Virus record (IMG/VR): IMGVR_UViG_3300045988_081423
Strand: one strand, 5' to 3'
DNA from: a virus
DNA length: 64,000 nt
The notes below the pieces were generated by a model. The model did not search any database, was not told the origin of the DNA, and saw only the letters and a list, made by a program, of their open reading frames with translations. Position 1 is the stretch's first letter. Every line of letters begins with the position of its first letter. This document shows positions 16,951 through 24,522 of the stretch, one piece after another. Both the position numbers and the translations under genes were made by a program.

Positions 16951-17785
16951 GTGGGCTAACACCATATAACCCAAATAGCATTTTTCGTTTTGTCGAACGG
17001 ATGTAATTAGCTGAGTTTTTATTAAACTCGTAAGTAAAAAATACTAATTATGTTAACGGGGGAGTTTCTAAGACGCAATCCCGTGGGAAGGAAATTATAC
17101 GATGAAAGAATTTAGAAAAGTTCCTAGTTTAAAGTTTCTATACGAAATCAGTCAGGATGGTATTCTTCGTAATGTCAAGTCTAAAAAAGAGACTGCTTTT
17201 GAACCAGATAAGAATGGATATTACAGATGTACTATTCATAATAAAAGTATTGCTGATTCACCAAAACATTTTCTCAGGCATAGACTTGTTGCTGAATGTT
17301 GGTGTAATATTCCAGAAAGATTGGAAGATTACCCAATCAATAAACTACAAGTAAATCATATTGACGGAGATAAATCTAATAATAATTGCAAAAATCTTGA
17401 ATGGGTTCTCCCGTTTGAGAATGTTCGTCATGCTGTAAAAAATAATCTTTGGTATGAAAGTGAAAAATTTACAGAGCAGAAACATGAGAAGAAACCGATT
17501 ATGTGTATAGAAACTGGCGTTGTTTTTGAATCTTCTTACAAAGCAGCAGAATGGATTTGTGAAACTACTGGAAAATCTGCAAAGTATTTCAATATGTCAA
17601 ACCATATTCGTGAAGTTGCTAGAGGCAAGAAGTGGAAGAAAACAGCCTATGGATACCATTGGAAATTCGTATAAATTAAATCTGTACAGACTATCTCCTT
17701 AATAGGAGAGTAAGGGTTCTATTGACACGAATCTTGAAAAAGTGCTACCGCTTTTGCGGTAAGATATAGTCGATTAATTATAATG
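16951..17785 (+). mobile_element. group I intron carrying an HNH homing endonuclease
   Basis: Core blocks CAGACTATC (17687), AATAGGAGAGTAAGGG (17701) and AAGATATAGTC (17761) match the other introns. It ends in G before exon 2. Confidence 0.65.
17102..17674 (+). CDS. intron-encoded HNH homing endonuclease
   Basis: LYEISQDGILRNVKSKK and VNHIDGDKSNNNCKNLEWVLPFENVRH form the HNH_3/NUMOD pattern. Confidence 0.85.
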   Translation: MKEFRKVPSLKFLYEISQDGILRNVKSKKETAFEPDKNGYYRCTIHNKSIADSPKHFLRHRLVAECWCNIPERLEDYPINKLQVNHIDGDKSNNNCKNLEWVLPFENVRHAVKNNLWYESEKFTEQKHEKKPIMCIETGVVFESSYKAAEWICETTGKSAKYFNMSNHIREVARGKKWKKTAYGYHWKFV

Positions 17786-18388
17786 ACAGTCTTAGGTGGC
17801 ACCGCTCTTGCTGGCGTATTAGGCGGTAATGGTGGTGGCAGTGGCTCACCTAACGGTGGTGGACTACTAGGTGGTCTATTTGGCGGTGGCAATAACAATA
17901 CCTGTTATGTTACCGAAAAAGAGTTCTATCAGAACCAACTGGCTGATACCAATATTATGTATCAGAATCTAATGAATACAAATAGTGCTCTGTGTGAACT
18001 AAGCCAGCGTGTTGCAAGCGATGAAGTTTCTATCGCTAAGAACTTTGAAATTGCTGCACTAAATAGTGAATGGCAGCAGAAGATGAATGACAAGCAGTTT
18101 GCTTGTGTTGATGAAAAGATGCAGTGGATGGATAAGTTTATGAAGGCTTATGTTGATTCTACCACTTGCGACTTTATCAAGGCAAAGCATTATCTCTCTC
18201 CTTCTGACCTTGCTGACCCTTACACTAATACTTCTCAGGCAATTGTATCTGTTCCTACCTATCAGTTTACAACTACTGCTTGTGCAGCGAATTACTGCAA
18301 TCCTTATTTTGTAAGCGGCACTGCTTATGCAAATGGCCCTGCTTACACTAATACTGGTTGTGGTTGCAACGGTGGACTTACTTTCTGA
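17786..18388 (+). CDS. Gly/Cys-rich protein, exon 2
   Basis: Glycine-rich N-terminal run, several Cys, C-terminal GCGCNGG. There is no RBS before the ATG at 17783. Confidence 0.6.
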   Translation, partial: TVLGGTALAGVLGGNGGGSGSPNGGGLLGGLFGGGNNNTCYVTEKEFYQNQLADTNIMYQNLMNTNSALCELSQRVASDEVSIAKNFEIAALNSEWQQKMNDKQFACVDEKMQWMDKFMKAYVDSTTCDFIKAKHYLSPSDLADPYTNTSQAIVSVPTYQFTTTACAANYCNPYFVSGTAYANGPAYTNTGCGCNGGLTF

Positions 18389-18482
18389 TTAAGTTCTAAT
18401 TAATCTTTATTGTGGGACAAGTATTCCACAGAATAACATTATATACATTTTTACTTATTTTTTTACAAGCGGGTGAAGATTT

Positions 18483-19016
18483 ATGAACTTCACAAATCCA
18501 AGTCCTCTTATTGGAGGTATGCGTTCTCCACAGAATGTTATGCCAGTAGATGTGGGAGGAACACAAAATCAATATCAGAATCAATATCAAAGAAATATGT
18601 CGCCAGAACAGTGGGAGTATGTACAACAGGTTCGTAGAACTGGTTATGACCCAAGTATGATGCCTCAAGTACAGCAACCACAACAGCCAGAACAGTCTGA
18701 CCCTTATAATGATTTTATTACAGAGTTTAATCAGTGTTCTAATGTAGTTCAGGCGAGTATATTAGAAAATCCTGAATTTAAACAGTGCATGGCTGAATGC
18801 GACAAAAAGATTCAGGCAACTATGGAAGCCCTAGTACGTCCCCAAGTTATGCAGACACAAGATGGTCGTGTAGCTTTTGAGAGGCTGTTAGCGTCTTTCC
18901 GTGGTGTCAGAGACCAAGCAAAGCAGCAAGAAGCTCAGAATATGCAAAGAATACAAGCGCTAATGAATGATGATGTTGTTCGTAAGCGTATTGAAGAGTT
19001 AGAGAAGAATAAGTGA
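18483..19016 (+). CDS. Gln/Pro-rich hypothetical protein
   Basis: 177-aa ORF with QNQYQNQYQ and QVQQPQQPEQ low-complexity stretches. Confidence 0.6.
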   Translation: MNFTNPSPLIGGMRSPQNVMPVDVGGTQNQYQNQYQRNMSPEQWEYVQQVRRTGYDPSMMPQVQQPQQPEQSDPYNDFITEFNQCSNVVQASILENPEFKQCMAECDKKIQATMEALVRPQVMQTQDGRVAFERLLASFRGVRDQAKQQEAQNMQRIQALMNDDVVRKRIEELEKNK

Positions 19017-19026
19017 GGTGCTTGCT

Positions 19027-19326
19027 ATGATTTCTGATAAAGAACTTTTTAAACAGATGGCTGACCGTGATGTTGTAAATCTATATCGTTATCTTATTTA
19101 CCAGCTTGCTGGTGGTACAAGTATTGCCACTTATGCAAGTTTGTTTGAAGATAAGATTTTGGGATATGCTAATATTGGTGTGGATAAAGCCTGTGATTGG
19201 CTGTTTGGTAAAGATGTCGGTTGTGACATTGACGAGGCGGCTGATATCGCACAAGCTGTTGTTTCTGATAAAATTGAAGAATACCGCAAACGTGTTAAAG
19301 AACAACGTGCGGCTAAAAATGCGTAA
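19027..19326 (+). CDS. hypothetical protein
   Basis: ATG start after a GTGAGGTG RBS. Confidence 0.6.
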   Translation: MISDKELFKQMADRDVVNLYRYLIYQLAGGTSIATYASLFEDKILGYANIGVDKACDWLFGKDVGCDIDEAADIAQAVVSDKIEEYRKRVKEQRAAKNA

Positions 19327-19371
19327 TAACATTGTAACATAATTGATAGTCCTAATAAATAGGTGATTATT

Positions 19372-19740
19372 ATGAGATGGCCTATCGTGACCGTTACATC
19401 ACTTGATAGCTCTGGTGCTGGTGTGGACGTATTAAAGGCAAATCCTATATATACCATAGAAAGTTTGCCCTACCCGAGACGCTATTATTATTTTGCCTTG
19501 CTCATTAAGATTGGTTTTGAATTTAATGACAACAAATCTCTTTTACTGACAGATAATAATGAGGTCAACAAGTATCACCTTGTTGACCGTCTTGGCAATG
19601 CAGTTCTTGCTTCTCAGGCTATTGGATACTCTCAGAGCCAGAGATTAATGTACTGTATGTATGACGATGTAAAGAAAATTGTCCGCGTTTTAAGTCCTCT
19701 AGCTCCTACTGATTATTATATTGAGGGTTGGCTTACTTAA
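19372..19740 (+). CDS. hypothetical protein
   Basis: ATG start after an AGGTGA RBS. Confidence 0.6.
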   Translation: MRWPIVTVTSLDSSGAGVDVLKANPIYTIESLPYPRRYYYFALLIKIGFEFNDNKSLLLTDNNEVNKYHLVDRLGNAVLASQAIGYSQSQRLMYCMYDDVKKIVRVLSPLAPTDYYIEGWLT

Positions 19741-19763
19741 TAATATAATAAGGAGTGAAAGGA

Positions 19764-20300
19764 ATGGTATTAAATAACGGTATTGCCCCATGTGGTACGA
19801 TGTCAAGATGTTGCTGCTGTAATATGCGGCTTATTTGTGCTAAATCTCCTTACTGTGTTATAAATTCAGGAAGTTGTTCTTCTGATAAGAAACTGGAAGA
19901 AATTGAAAATCTTATCCAGCAACTAATTCAGTCACAAACACAAGCGCTTGCTGATTTTGAAGCAAAAGCTACTGCCGCTCAAACTAGTTTAAATACAATT
20001 GCTGCTAATATAGCAACATTGCAAACGACTAGTGATAATTTAACGACAACATTTGGTGAATTTTCACAAGATACAAAAACTAAGCTAGATGAAATCTATG
20101 CTAAAGTAGAAAACATACCAGCAACTAGTACAACTTCTATCAATGATTTAGATACGCCAATTGATGTAGATTCTTCTGATGTATCAGAGGATGATTCAAA
20201 ATCACTTGCTGTATTAAAACCAAAAGAAACAGAAGACACTATTTTGGTTGAAAAGAAAGGCTTATTTGGCAAGTCCAAATGGGTAGAACAAAAGAAGTAA
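19764..20300 (+). CDS. Cys-rich N-terminus plus coiled-coil hypothetical protein
   Basis: N-terminus CGTMSRCCCCNMRLICAKSPYCVINSGSCSS, followed by a heptad-like region. RBS AAGGAG. Confidence 0.6.
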   Translation: MVLNNGIAPCGTMSRCCCCNMRLICAKSPYCVINSGSCSSDKKLEEIENLIQQLIQSQTQALADFEAKATAAQTSLNTIAANIATLQTTSDNLTTTFGEFSQDTKTKLDEIYAKVENIPATSTTSINDLDTPIDVDSSDVSEDDSKSLAVLKPKETEDTILVEKKGLFGKSKWVEQKK

Positions 20301-20321
20301 TTTTAAGTTAAATTTTAGAAA

Positions 20322-20373
20322 TTATAGACTCTTTAGTAGGTATAAATTGTTATACTTAGTAAAGTGTCTATAA
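20322..20373. repeat. long imperfect inverted repeat (hairpin; terminator or operator)
   Basis: 24-nt arms TTATAGACTCTTTAGTAGGTATAA and TTATACTTAGTAAAGTGTCTATAA pair at 21 of 24 positions across a 4-nt spacer. A third TTATAGAC lies at 20381. Confidence 0.6.
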
Positions 20374-20507
20374 TATATTGTTATAGACATAATTTGAAAT
20401 TTAACTTACAGGTGTGCACCCGTATGTGCATGAAAGGAAAACATTATGACATTTGGTAAAAATGCGAAGAATAATCACCTTTATATCTGTAAAGAAGGTG
20501 ATGTAGT

Positions 20508-20693
20508 ATGAAGTATGAGAAGGAAAAATATTTCTCTTGCTATTCTCCTAATCTTAAAGAATATCTGGAAAGAAATGGTTTTAAGCCTATTACTTCGTTT
20601 GTACACATCAGAGAGAATAAGACTTGTTGGGTGTTTGAAAAAGTGCCTGAACTATCTATATATCTTGAGCAGTGGACTCGTAATCGCAAGTAA
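20508..20693 (+). CDS. small hypothetical protein
   Basis: 61-aa ORF with an AGAAGGTGA RBS. The alternative frame 20515-20700 is judged spurious. Confidence 0.5.
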   Translation: MKYEKEKYFSCYSPNLKEYLERNGFKPITSFVHIRENKTCWVFEKVPELSIYLEQWTRNRK

Positions 20694-20705
20694 AGGGTAA
20701 ATTAT

Positions 20706-21086
20706 ATGAAAAACATTGTAAGAAATTTTTCTGTTGCTATCGTAGTATTTGTGACTGCATTTATCACAGTTTATTATTCTGTTGTGTATGCAACAAAGAA
20801 ACAGATTATATTTGATGGCTCGGATATTCTAATAATTATTTTCTTTTGCTTATTATCTTTGATGGTCGTGTTTATGCTACTTTATATCAATTCTAAATTA
20901 AACTCATTCTCTAATGCTCTATCTGACATATCCAATAAAATTGATATATCAGAAGAAAACATGATAAATTTAGAAAAGAGTACACAGAGAATTATATTAA
21001 AGGAAGTAAAGGAAAATAGGGAATTTAAGGGAAAAATTTTAGAAAGGATTGAGCATGAAGAGAAATCCGAACAGCAATCGGAGTAA
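20706..21086 (+). CDS. membrane protein (two predicted TM helices plus coiled coil)
   Basis: 126-aa ORF with hydrophobic segments VAIVVFVTAFITVYYSVVY and ILIIIFFCLLSLMVVFMLLYI. It contains direct-repeat copy 1. Confidence 0.6.
   Translation: MKNIVRNFSVAIVVFVTAFITVYYSVVYATKKQIIFDGSDILIIIFFCLLSLMVVFMLLYINSKLNSFSNALSDISNKIDISEENMINLEKSTQRIILKEVKENREFKGKILERIEHEEKSEQQSE
20906..20976 (+). repeat. 71-bp perfect direct repeat, copy 1 (coding)
   Basis: ATTCTCTAATGCTCTATCTGACATATCCAATAAAATTGATATATCAGAAGAAAACATGATAAATTTAGAAA is identical to 21328-21398. Confidence 0.9.
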
Positions 21087-21336
21087 AAGATGGGCAGAAA
21101 GAAATTGTCTATCCTCTGATAGATGTGTGTCTTATGTAAAGGATTTATGTGAAGCTTATGGCCTTAAATATAAAATTTCTGGTGATAAGCTTTTTGTGGA
21201 TTCTGATGGGATTTCCTATCGGGTTTATCCTGACTATGAAAATATATGTATAATTGCAGTTAATAAAATAACTGGTGAGAAAAAATGGTATGATGGGGAT
21301 TCATGTTGGGTTGATTTTGTACTAGATATTCTCTAA
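21055..21336 (+). CDS. hypothetical protein bracketed by the 71-bp repeats
   Basis: 93 aa from the ATG at 21055. Its stop codon lies inside repeat copy 2. Confidence 0.55.
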   Translation: MKRNPNSNRSKRWAERNCLSSDRCVSYVKDLCEAYGLKYKISGDKLFVDSDGISYRVYPDYENICIIAVNKITGEKKWYDGDSCWVDFVLDIL

Positions 21337-21398
21337 TGCTCTATCTGACATATCCAATAAAATTGATATATCAGAAGAAAACATGATAAATTTAGAAA
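21328..21398 (+). repeat. 71-bp perfect direct repeat, copy 2 (mostly non-coding)
   Basis: Identical to 20906-20976, 422 bp downstream. Confidence 0.9.
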
Positions 21399-21404
21399 GA
21401 ACTC

Positions 21405-21433
21405 TTGACAATTTCTATATATTGTGCTATATT
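21405..21433 (+). promoter_or_regulatory. sigma-A-type promoter of the agr-like cassette
   Basis: TTGACA, a 17-nt spacer, then TG-extended TATATT, immediately after repeat copy 2. Confidence 0.65.
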
Positions 21434-21481
21434 AACAATGGAAGCAAATAATTCCATAAAATAACATAAGGAGATATTGTT

Positions 21482-21979
21482 ATGAATATTCCACTAAGTT
21501 TGTTAATTTATAATCCGATTGAAGCGTATACATTAATTTTATTGGGCGATATTATTACAGGCAATGATACGAAATTTAACAAGAAGAGCATTGTGGCTTT
21601 ATGGGTATTTGGAACTGTTAATTTTGTGATACAGTTTTTGCCAAATTTAGTATATGGTGAAAACTGCTTCCTTTTTGTTTCTTTTATTTCAAATTATTTA
21701 ATTATACCAGTATCAATGCTATTTTTCTATAATTTGGTTTCTTTTAAAATTAATTATTTTACTTGTTTAATGTGTCAAATAATAAATTGTTTGTTTATAT
21801 TAATTATAGTAAGTATATTTAATAGTATTGCATATTCTTATAATTTGTTTTGTCCTGCAAACAGATTTCATGAGTTTATTTCTAATTTTGTAATATTCTT
21901 CATGCAAATCATGTTATATACTATTATAAAACATAGGAGATTTTACTATGAAAAATGTTGTAAAAATCATCGCAAATAA
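21482..21979 (+). CDS. polytopic membrane protein (about 5 TM), no soluble domain
   Basis: 165-aa very hydrophobic ORF. Its 3' end overlaps the AgrD-like ORF. It could be an AgrC-sensor-like or immunity/export protein, but this is unproven. Confidence 0.6.
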   Translation: MNIPLSLLIYNPIEAYTLILLGDIITGNDTKFNKKSIVALWVFGTVNFVIQFLPNLVYGENCFLFVSFISNYLIIPVSMLFFYNLVSFKINYFTCLMCQIINCLFILIIVSIFNSIAYSYNLFCPANRFHEFISNFVIFFMQIMLYTIIKHRRFYYEKCCKNHRK

Positions 21980-22079
21980 TTCTGTTGAGAAGGCTTTTAC
22001 ATCTTTTAATTATTATCAGCCTAAAATGCCAAATTCTCTAATGGAAAAGGCTATTAACGAAAATAAGAAGGAGAACTAA
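21948..22079 (+). CDS. agrD: AgrD-like autoinducing peptide precursor (43 aa)
   Basis: AGGAG RBS with 8-nt spacing. MKNVVKIIANNSVEKAFTSFNYYQPKMPNSLMEKAINENKKEN has an amphipathic leader, a candidate 5-residue ring SFNYY, then QPKMPNSL, which resembles the clostridial QPEEPKSL recognition tail. Confidence 0.55.
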   Translation: MKNVVKIIANNSVEKAFTSFNYYQPKMPNSLMEKAINENKKEN

Positions 22080-22118
22080 TCCGACTTATATTATTATAGA
22101 CATTATAGAATAATATAG

Positions 22119-22153
22119 GGGAGTCGGCTTGTTAGCTGGCTCCCTATTTTTTT
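22119..22153 (+). terminator. Rho-independent terminator between the agrD-like and agrB genes
   Basis: Stem GGGAGTCGGC/GCTGGCTCCC (two G-U pairs) with a 6-nt loop, then TATTTTTTT. Confidence 0.75.
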
Positions 22154-22174
22154 GTAAATAAGGAATATTCTGTT

Positions 22175-22780
22175 ATGGATATTTTTAGATATATTGAAGA
22201 CATATCTTATAAACTCGGTTTAAAGGTTGCGAACTATTTCCATGAGGACAGTGATGGAATTGAAGAGACGCAATACGGTATGTTTGCTATTTTAAGCTTT
22301 TTGTTTGAATTTGGAACTGGGCTTATTATATCGCTTATTTTTGGATATGTCAAGTATTTTCTTGTATTTCAAATTACTTATTGTTTTCTACGTTCTGTTT
22401 GCGGTGGTGAACACTGTAAGACATTTGCTTCTTGTTGGGCAGTAACAAACATTATCTCATTTATTGGAAGTATGATGGCTATTTTATTATCCGTAAATAA
22501 TATGTTTGTAATGATTGGAGTTATTATTACATTTCTGTCATCTGTTGATATGTTTTATATTATTCCAAAGCCAAGCGAAAATTCTCCTAGTAGAGGAAGT
22601 AGAGATATTGAGTTTAAAAGACGTTATATTAAGGGAACTTGTGTGCTAATTTTCTTATCTTGTATTTTGGTGTTTTTTAATATGCAATTTGTTTCTGCTT
22701 CTATTTGCTCTGCCTATATTATGTGTTATATTATGCTTTCCAAATATGGAAAGAAATTTATGAATATGTTTAAGTTTTAA
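22175..22780 (+). CDS. agrB: AgrB-family membrane peptidase
   Basis: 201-aa polytopic ORF. LRSVCGGEHCKTFASCW matches the AgrB R-x3-G-x-H-x6-C catalytic His/Cys spacing (S. aureus RRHAHGAHAPSSFWC). The later PKPSENSP...KRRY loop also fits. Confidence 0.8.
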   Translation: MDIFRYIEDISYKLGLKVANYFHEDSDGIEETQYGMFAILSFLFEFGTGLIISLIFGYVKYFLVFQITYCFLRSVCGGEHCKTFASCWAVTNIISFIGSMMAILLSVNNMFVMIGVIITFLSSVDMFYIIPKPSENSPSRGSRDIEFKRRYIKGTCVLIFLSCILVFFNMQFVSASICSAYIMCYIMLSKYGKKFMNMFKF

Positions 22781-22877
22781 TTAATTAAAGACCAGAGGAT
22801 AGAAACATTAAGCTGCTATCACCCATTGTTAGGAGATACAGGTTCTTTGGCTTGCCTGTCTGGTCTTTATTATTTAT

Positions 22878-23225
22878 AATTGTAGTCGTACAATTGTGGG
22901 ACGCTATAGGCTCTTTGTGTTCTATGATTGTAGGTATCTACAAACTATAAGAGTTTGTAGTTTCCATTAAATAGCCTACCAGACTTAGTTACCAGAAATG
23001 ATAACTACGATATTTAGGTTATGACACCCTCGGTTGACGCAACAGACCGTCGCTCTGTCGTATATATTTAAGTTAGGTTGGAGTAATAGTAGCCTTGTGA
23101 TATATACGCTAAAGCCTTTATATCATTGTCGAGTTGAGGTCGGAAAAGCTATGTGGTAATAGTATAGCAATACGCACAACCATTACATAAGTAATGGAGT
23201 TATTTTTACGAAAGGGGTGTCTAGT
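22878..23225 (+). ncRNA. candidate IscB omega-RNA (guide plus scaffold)
   Basis: About 350 nt without a credible ORF, directly 5' of iscB on the same strand and dense in hairpins (22938-22960, 22986-23007, 23098-23125, 23181-23196). Its position matches known IscB omega-RNAs. Confidence 0.6.
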
Positions 23226-24482
23226 ATGGTATATGTATTGAATATTGATGGACAACCGCTTATGCCAACTACTAGGCACGGTAAAGTCAAACATCTTCTA
23301 AAAGATGGTAAGGCTAAAGTAGTTAAGCGTTGTCCATTCACAATTAAACTTCTATACGAGACTCCTAATTGCACACAAGATTTAACTCTTGGGATTGATA
23401 CAGGAAGTGGCGCAATAGGAACTGCCGTTTCTACCGATGATGGCGAAATAGTTTATATGTCGGAAGTAGTTGTTAGAAATGACATTACTGACAAAATGAC
23501 TCAAAGGGCCAAATACCGCAGAAATAGACGTAGCAGAAAAACTCGTTATAGAAAAGCAAGATGGCTAAATCGCAAAAATTCAATTAAGAAGGATAGATTT
23601 AGTCCCACGATGGTAAGTAAACTCCATAGCCACGTTAAAGAAATAGAATATATCAAATCTATTCTCCCTATAACTACTATGGTCTTTGAAACAGGAACAT
23701 TTGATACTTACCTTATGAAAAATCCAAGCCTTGTAAATGAAAATGTAAGACATTGGGGATACCAAAAAGGAACAAATTATGGGTTTGAAAATACCAAGGC
23801 TATGGTTTTAAATCGAGATAATTATACTTGTCAGTATTGCAAAGGTAAACATAAAGATAGTAAACTGGAAGTTCATCATATTGTGTTTCGCAGCAAACAT
23901 GGTTCAGACGAAGAAAGTAATTTGATTACACTTTGTCATACTTGCCATAAGGCGTTGCATAGTGGTAAAATTAGTCTTAAATTAGAAGGTAAGGTCAAAG
24001 GGAATCTAAAATATGCTACACAGATGAATAGTATTCGTAAACAATTATTTAGAATCTACTCGGAAGCAATTGAAACTTTTGGTTATATAACAAAGGCAAA
24101 TCGTCTAAAACTTGGAGTAGATAAAGAGCATTTTTATGACGCTTGTGTTATTGCAACACATGGAAATAAATTTAGCGTAAGATGCAATTTATACAAAAAG
24201 AAATGTGTTTCAGATGGGGATTTTCAACAGACTAAGGGAGTTCGTTCTGAGCAGCGCATTCCAACGTGTAAAATTCAGGGGTTCAGAAAGTTTGATAAGG
24301 TGAGATATTTTGGTAAAGAATATTTTATAAAAGGAAGGCTTTCTACTGGGTATGCAATACTTATGGATATAGATGGTAATAAATCCGATTTTTCTTATAT
24401 GCCGAAAGGTTTTAAAACGCCTAAAATTATAAATCTAAAAAGATTAGAAGCTCGTTCATCGTGGATAGTAATTTTTAAATGA
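23226..24482 (+). CDS. iscB: IscB RNA-guided endonuclease (PLMP, split RuvC, HNH)
   Basis: DGQPLMPT; LGIDTGSG; RAKYRRNRRSRKTRYRKARWLNR; MVFETGTFD; CQYC..EVHHIVFRSKHGSDEESNLITLCHTCHKALH; HFYDACVIA; C-terminal FDKVRYFGKEYFIKGR..GY. RBS AAAGGGG. Confidence 0.88.
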   Translation: MVYVLNIDGQPLMPTTRHGKVKHLLKDGKAKVVKRCPFTIKLLYETPNCTQDLTLGIDTGSGAIGTAVSTDDGEIVYMSEVVVRNDITDKMTQRAKYRRNRRSRKTRYRKARWLNRKNSIKKDRFSPTMVSKLHSHVKEIEYIKSILPITTMVFETGTFDTYLMKNPSLVNENVRHWGYQKGTNYGFENTKAMVLNRDNYTCQYCKGKHKDSKLEVHHIVFRSKHGSDEESNLITLCHTCHKALHSGKISLKLEGKVKGNLKYATQMNSIRKQLFRIYSEAIETFGYITKANRLKLGVDKEHFYDACVIATHGNKFSVRCNLYKKKCVSDGDFQQTKGVRSEQRIPTCKIQGFRKFDKVRYFGKEYFIKGRLSTGYAILMDIDGNKSDFSYMPKGFKTPKIINLKRLEARSSWIVIFK

Positions 24483-24522
24483 CATAAAAATAATTGTACG
24501 ACTATTTTTGTGAGGTGGTCGT

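Larger units (their letters stand above)
22876..24509 (+). mobile_element. IS200/IS605-family (ISC-type) IscB element without TnpA; ends approximate
   Basis: Subterminal palindrome AATTGTA-GTCG-TACAATT at 22878-22895. TAGTCGTACAATT is inverted at 24492-24504. ATAATTGTA is direct at both ends. A/T hairpin at 24486-24509. Confidence 0.6.

Noticed and set aside
20515-20700. Alternative 61-aa ORF overlapping 20508-20693 in another frame
   Set aside because: Only one of the two can be real. The 20508 frame has the better RBS spacing and a less hydrophobic, less low-complexity product.
23217-24482. Reading the 421-aa HNH protein as a fourth intron-type homing endonuclease
   Set aside because: It has PLMP, three RuvC segments and an Arg-rich bridge helix around the HNH. 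No split host gene flanks it, and the upstream RNA lacks the intron core blocks.
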